In this document: positions 59,551-64,000 of the stretch, one piece after another | Position numbering within the stretch: position 1 is the stretch's first letter | Layout of the letters: the number at the start of each line of letters is the position of its first letter | NCBI RefSeq assembly: GCF_024521635.1 | Contig: NW_026250431.1 | Coordinates: 372,001-436,000 of the forward strand | Length of the DNA: 64,000 nucleotides | Direction: 5' to 3' | From: Tricharina praecox | Taxonomy: Eukaryota | Notes under the pieces: model-generated | Told to the model about the DNA's origin: nothing | Seen by the model: the letters and a program-made list of their open reading frames with translations, nothing else | Databases searched by the model: none | Position numbers and translations under genes: made by a program

Positions 59551-62500
59551 GCAGGCGGGGGAGGGGGAAGGGGAGCGGGGGAGAGGGAGTGATATCATGC
59601 ATGGTGGTACTGGTACTGGTACTGGTATTGGTACTTGGATTATGGAAATTTGATTTCCTTGATATTTTGATATTGACCAACTGCGTTCGTTGAAACCTCC
59701 ACTTCAATTAGTACTTCCGTGGTGCGAAGGTAGCTCGTCGGCACCAAGAAGGGCCCACCAATCGTGTTCACCCCACTACCGAAACACCCCAACAAATTCA
59801 CGCCTATAACCAAGACGCAACACAACCAAACCCTGAGTTCCTCCACGGGTGTGTGCAGAGCACATCTAGCTTCGCCAGCACTTCTGCGGTGGCAAATGTT
59901 GCCCGAGAAGTGCCCAGGCAGTTCAAACAGTTCCAAAAGCAGTCGCTGCCCGGGCAGTTCAGACAGTTCCAGAAGCAGTCGCCTGCAGAATGAACACCGG
60001 GTCAGTATAGTGTTGTGGATGGAGAAAGGAACAGCGGTGGGTACAAATTGATTTGCGAGCCAGTGTCGCTGCTACAAATCGTGTGACGGCGGTAGTAGCA
60101 GCGGGCATTGCTGCTGACGGGGTTGCTTCCGCCCGAAAAGTCGGGTGTTGGTGACAACGTTGCTTCCGCCGATGGTTGTTTCTGTTGCAGTTGTTGGTAT
60201 CGCAGATTCGTTGTCGCCGGTGGAGCTGCTTTGCTGCGGCAGCCGCTATGTGCTGGCGGGGTTTATTGCCATTTTATTCAGGACTGTAAAGGATTTGTCT
60301 GCAATAGCGACTTTTTGGAGAGTGCGAAAGCCACTGTGGGCTGAAGCTTGAAATGGTGAAATTGAGTGCGGAGTCTGGAGTGCGGAGTGTTATGTTGTGG
60401 AAGAGATGTCCTCCTTCGCTGCTGTGGAGATGGAGCTTTGTGTATGCACGACATACATGCGCTAGCGCCTTCGAATTCGGTAGACCCTAGGGCAATCATG
60501 GAATTCAAGCAAGTTCCATGACGTACCAAAAACAAGCCGAAATTTATCGACGATTGGAGTTATATTCAGGGTCTTTTCTTTCTGTGATTATATGTACCGA
60601 ACAAACATCACGATGTTGATTCTGTCAACGCTGCTTCGCTTGCCATCCCAACGAGTATACAGCATCACACAATATGGCTCTGGATTGAAGGGTATTCATT
60701 GTATTCATTGCCTCCACAGAAGCCGCCGGCGAATGAGCTCCCCTCCTCCTCTCTTCCTCCTCCTCTCTTCTTCCTCCTTCTCACTCTTTCTCCTGCCTCC
60801 TCTTCCGTCTTTGACCCTCGCTGGTGCCTTCTCTGTGATCGTCCGTTGGGTTGTTGAGAGTTCCCCACCCAGGCGGGTGCCGACGTTGGTGTTCTGGTTG
60901 TGGCCCGCCAGTGCATAGGGCGCCATAGGAACAACAATGATCTACACTTGCGGTTTCCCGTAATCTTCCACCTCTGTCGATGCTCAGCCGGTGTTTCGCA
61001 CGGTTTCCCCAAAGATCATTTCGAATTGGTTTTTGCCGGAAGCTATTGACGTTGACTCTCTGCAAACACCAACTCGAAATGATGTCGGGGGAAACTGCTC
61101 AAACTTCCATGAAGACTACCAGAATCTCGCCGTCGTCTTCGTCATGATGCACGATGAGGCAAGTTGATGTATTCCAGAGGCAATATATCTTTCCTGTTTT
61201 TTTTTCCGGTTTGATCAGTAATTGCATGCGACTTATCTGGATCATGGCAATGTCACCCCGTTCACCCCTCCGTTTCCACACCACTGTCCAACCCAGCTTT
61301 CACTGAGCGGATATGTTTTTGTTCTTTTTCGTTTAATCATCATAGCATTCGACCTTTACAGAGCGGATTCGTCCCGCGGTCCGTAGTGATAGTGTATGAT
61401 CGATAAAGAGATGCTTCACCCGGAGTCCGTAGCGATTTCCGGGTCGTGGATAAGTATCAACACAAATCTACTTGTCTAATCCTGCACCGCCCGGGGGTAT
61501 CGCAGTTTCGACGGTGCGGTTTACTAGTTGGCGGTACGGTCCCTCCTTTGTCCACCGGGGTCTCCAGCTGGCTTGCATTCCCTTTTTCATCCCCGATTCC
61601 GGAGCATACCCTCGGAATAACAAACGATGTTAGATTCCTGTCCGGGAATGCGTGGACTCGTTGCGGATGGTTCGAGATTTGCATCGGCGGGCTCCTGTTC
61701 CATCGCAATCCTCCAGCATAACATGTTTGAGTATTTGGTGCAATTTTTCAGCCCAACATGTCGTTGCGGATAGGGCGTATTGATCATTGCCGTTCACCGC
61801 CCCACCGTGTCGTTGCAGAGATGCGTTCGCAAAAGGCACCAGTAGACTCCTCACCCATCGCAACCCTCCATCCCCATGTGTTGTTGCGGATATTACCATG
61901 GTGTACCAGTGGAGATGTGCAGGTCATCACAACCCTCCCGCCAGATATATTGTTTCACTGGCGCTTGATAAAGCGGAAGACACGTCTTTGTCAAGGAAGC
62001 TGTAGGTGCCACCATGGATAGAGGTGCGCTATGGTAGACGTGTTGGAAGTCATGATAAGCCGTCTGGCGTGAATCGGGCGGCGGTATGCCGGGAGGATCC
62101 AGAGGTTAGTGCGGGATTGTTCGCATTACGGAAGTGGCGAGTGGATTCGAGCCTTGACTTGCCCTTCGTAAACAGGTGCCCAGGAGGTCGTTCGAGAGGT
62201 ATTAGGCTTGAGGCAGCCTTCTATGGTGGATGTATTGGTAAACGCCTCTATGGGATGTAGGGCAGTACAGGTCTGGTTCTCTGGACTGCCGGAATGTCGT
62301 GATGCGGATGGCATATATATACGGCCGAGGAGATCGCCATGTCCTTCTCTCCGTACTTGGTATCCGCGTATTAAGCTTCCACGATGGGTAAACAAAGGGC
62401 AAAAGGTCATCTGGACTCTGAGATAGCCATTGAGTAGGTATACTAGAGGTTCAAGTTAGATCACAAATGACCGAGCTAGAACAGGTAAACAAAAGGATGC

Positions 62501-64000
62501 GGATGAGAAAACGCTTCTGCCCTTGAATTGCTGCAAACAATGACCTCCACCGCCGCACACCTAGTTTCGGCAACTTCAGTCATTCACTATCACTAGATTC
62601 AACAATGAAAGTACATAAAGCCACTCCCCCGCCAGACGGAACACAGGTCTCGAACAAAGAGTCTGATATGTACCGTGGTATCATGACGGACTGAAGCAAA
62701 AGATTGAACAAAGATTCGGTATGGATTGGCGATGTAACGGAGTGAAACCAATCTCTCTTGTCCCCTTTGTTCACCTAAGTAGAGCGGATCCGGGACGGTT
62801 TTGGTTGAGTGCACGGCCGGTGTCCGGCCAGTCAGCGGGTTAAAAGGCGAGGTTTCGAGTCGAGCATGGGTAGCGTAGAGAGTAGGCATGTTGGATTGGA
62901 CGGGCGAGATGTGTGAGTCGAATCCACCGTTGGCGGATGGCGAATTTTTGGGGCTGGTAGTCGTATTGAGTAGTATGTAAGAAGACGTCAATACGACAAT
63001 AAATAAGCCATTGACAGCACCCAGGTTCTCTTCAGAGGACTATCCAAAAGGGTTGTTCTCCATGTCCGAGAACCCCGTAGCGATCTCATTGTCGGGAGAG
63101 CTCCCAATTGCGTCGTCCGGGGTCTAGCAAGGGAAGCAGGGTTGGCGGGTAGACGGGCCTAGAACCCGTTAATAATTGATGATCTGGGGGGGGGGAGACT
63201 GGGCGCTGCCGATAGGCGCTTTTTTGTTTTTGTTCATTCATTGATAAAACTGCCGATAGGCGCTGGGGGAGGGTTCGTTGTGATGCGGAGATGGCACAGT
63301 GAGAATGGGTACGGCGAGAATAGGCGCGGCGTGAATAGGTGCGGCGAGGATAGGTGGGTGCTAGTACACCAACTGAGCTTCATCGCTGCAGCACATTCCC
63401 TCAATCGCACCTCACCACCTAGCCGAGCAACAATCTCTTATCACCCAATAAGTCCCCAGTGCCCATGTCGACCTCACCACAGGAATTCATCACCACTGAT
63501 GTAGGTAGGCAGTTGCCGCACCGAATCCAAATGGCCCGCGTGACTGCGCCGCTACCGTCCCCGCGATAACGCTATGTCTTGTGGTGAAGCCGACATCGGG
63601 ACTTGTTGCTGGGAAGGGTGCGTTACTCGGTGATGGCGGTGATGGTGTTAGTCACTGGTAGAGTACATAAGTTGAAATGAGCATGCTTGTGTGTTTTCTG
63701 AGGGGATGCCAGCTGCTGAATCATCATTGGTCATGATAAGATAAGTTCACGTAGCTACGATCTGGATTCTGGATTTTGGATTGGATGGGAAAACCAGACC
63801 CAGAGTGTACTATGGATACCTCATCACCGAATGGCCAATGAGGCATCCTTTACAACCGTTGCTGTTGCTCAACTTCCTCCGACTGGTGAGAGCCCTGCTC
63901 GCTGACTTACTGCTCCCAGATATCTCTGCACCTCTTGACGTCCTCGACGGTGGCCTGCTTCTTCTCAAACTCCACTTTATGAAGGCCATTATACGCTGAG

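Noticed and set aside
60500..64000. Decayed gene or transposase in the last 3.5 kb
   Set aside because: Protein-like fragments (e.g. minus strand 63907-63999) are short, stop-ridden and match no motif I can name.

Overview
Eukaryotic, intron-containing fungal DNA (short GT-AG introns with CTRAC/GCTGAC branch sites); gene style suggests a filamentous ascomycete, probably Pezizomycetes (inference). GC-rich housekeeping genes, often in head-to-head pairs, were rebuilt by hand across introns: SEC12-like, PRP18, PGA2-like, RPE1, SF3B5/YSF3, NSE3, prefoldin 4, a DDRGK1-like protein, DBP6, a Nim1/GIN4-type kinase, a thioredoxin fusion, C1D/LRP1, DERA, NOB1, PEX13, MIM1 and USE1. Between them lie repeat-rich islands (about 6.4-12.8, 20.2-23.2, 27.5-30.2, 34-44, 49.5-52 and 59-64 kb) holding a decayed DPM2 copy, a dispersed F-box-like family, retroelement relics, two long inverted repeats and many tandem arrays. 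The most interesting item is a WCGPC thioredoxin fused to an SHP-like box, a SelK/SelG-like hydrophobic and Gly-rich region and a C-terminal CxxxxCG tail, a candidate self-contained ERAD/Cdc48-linked reductase. No tRNA, rRNA or CRISPR array could be supported. All family calls come from motif recognition; no database search was run.
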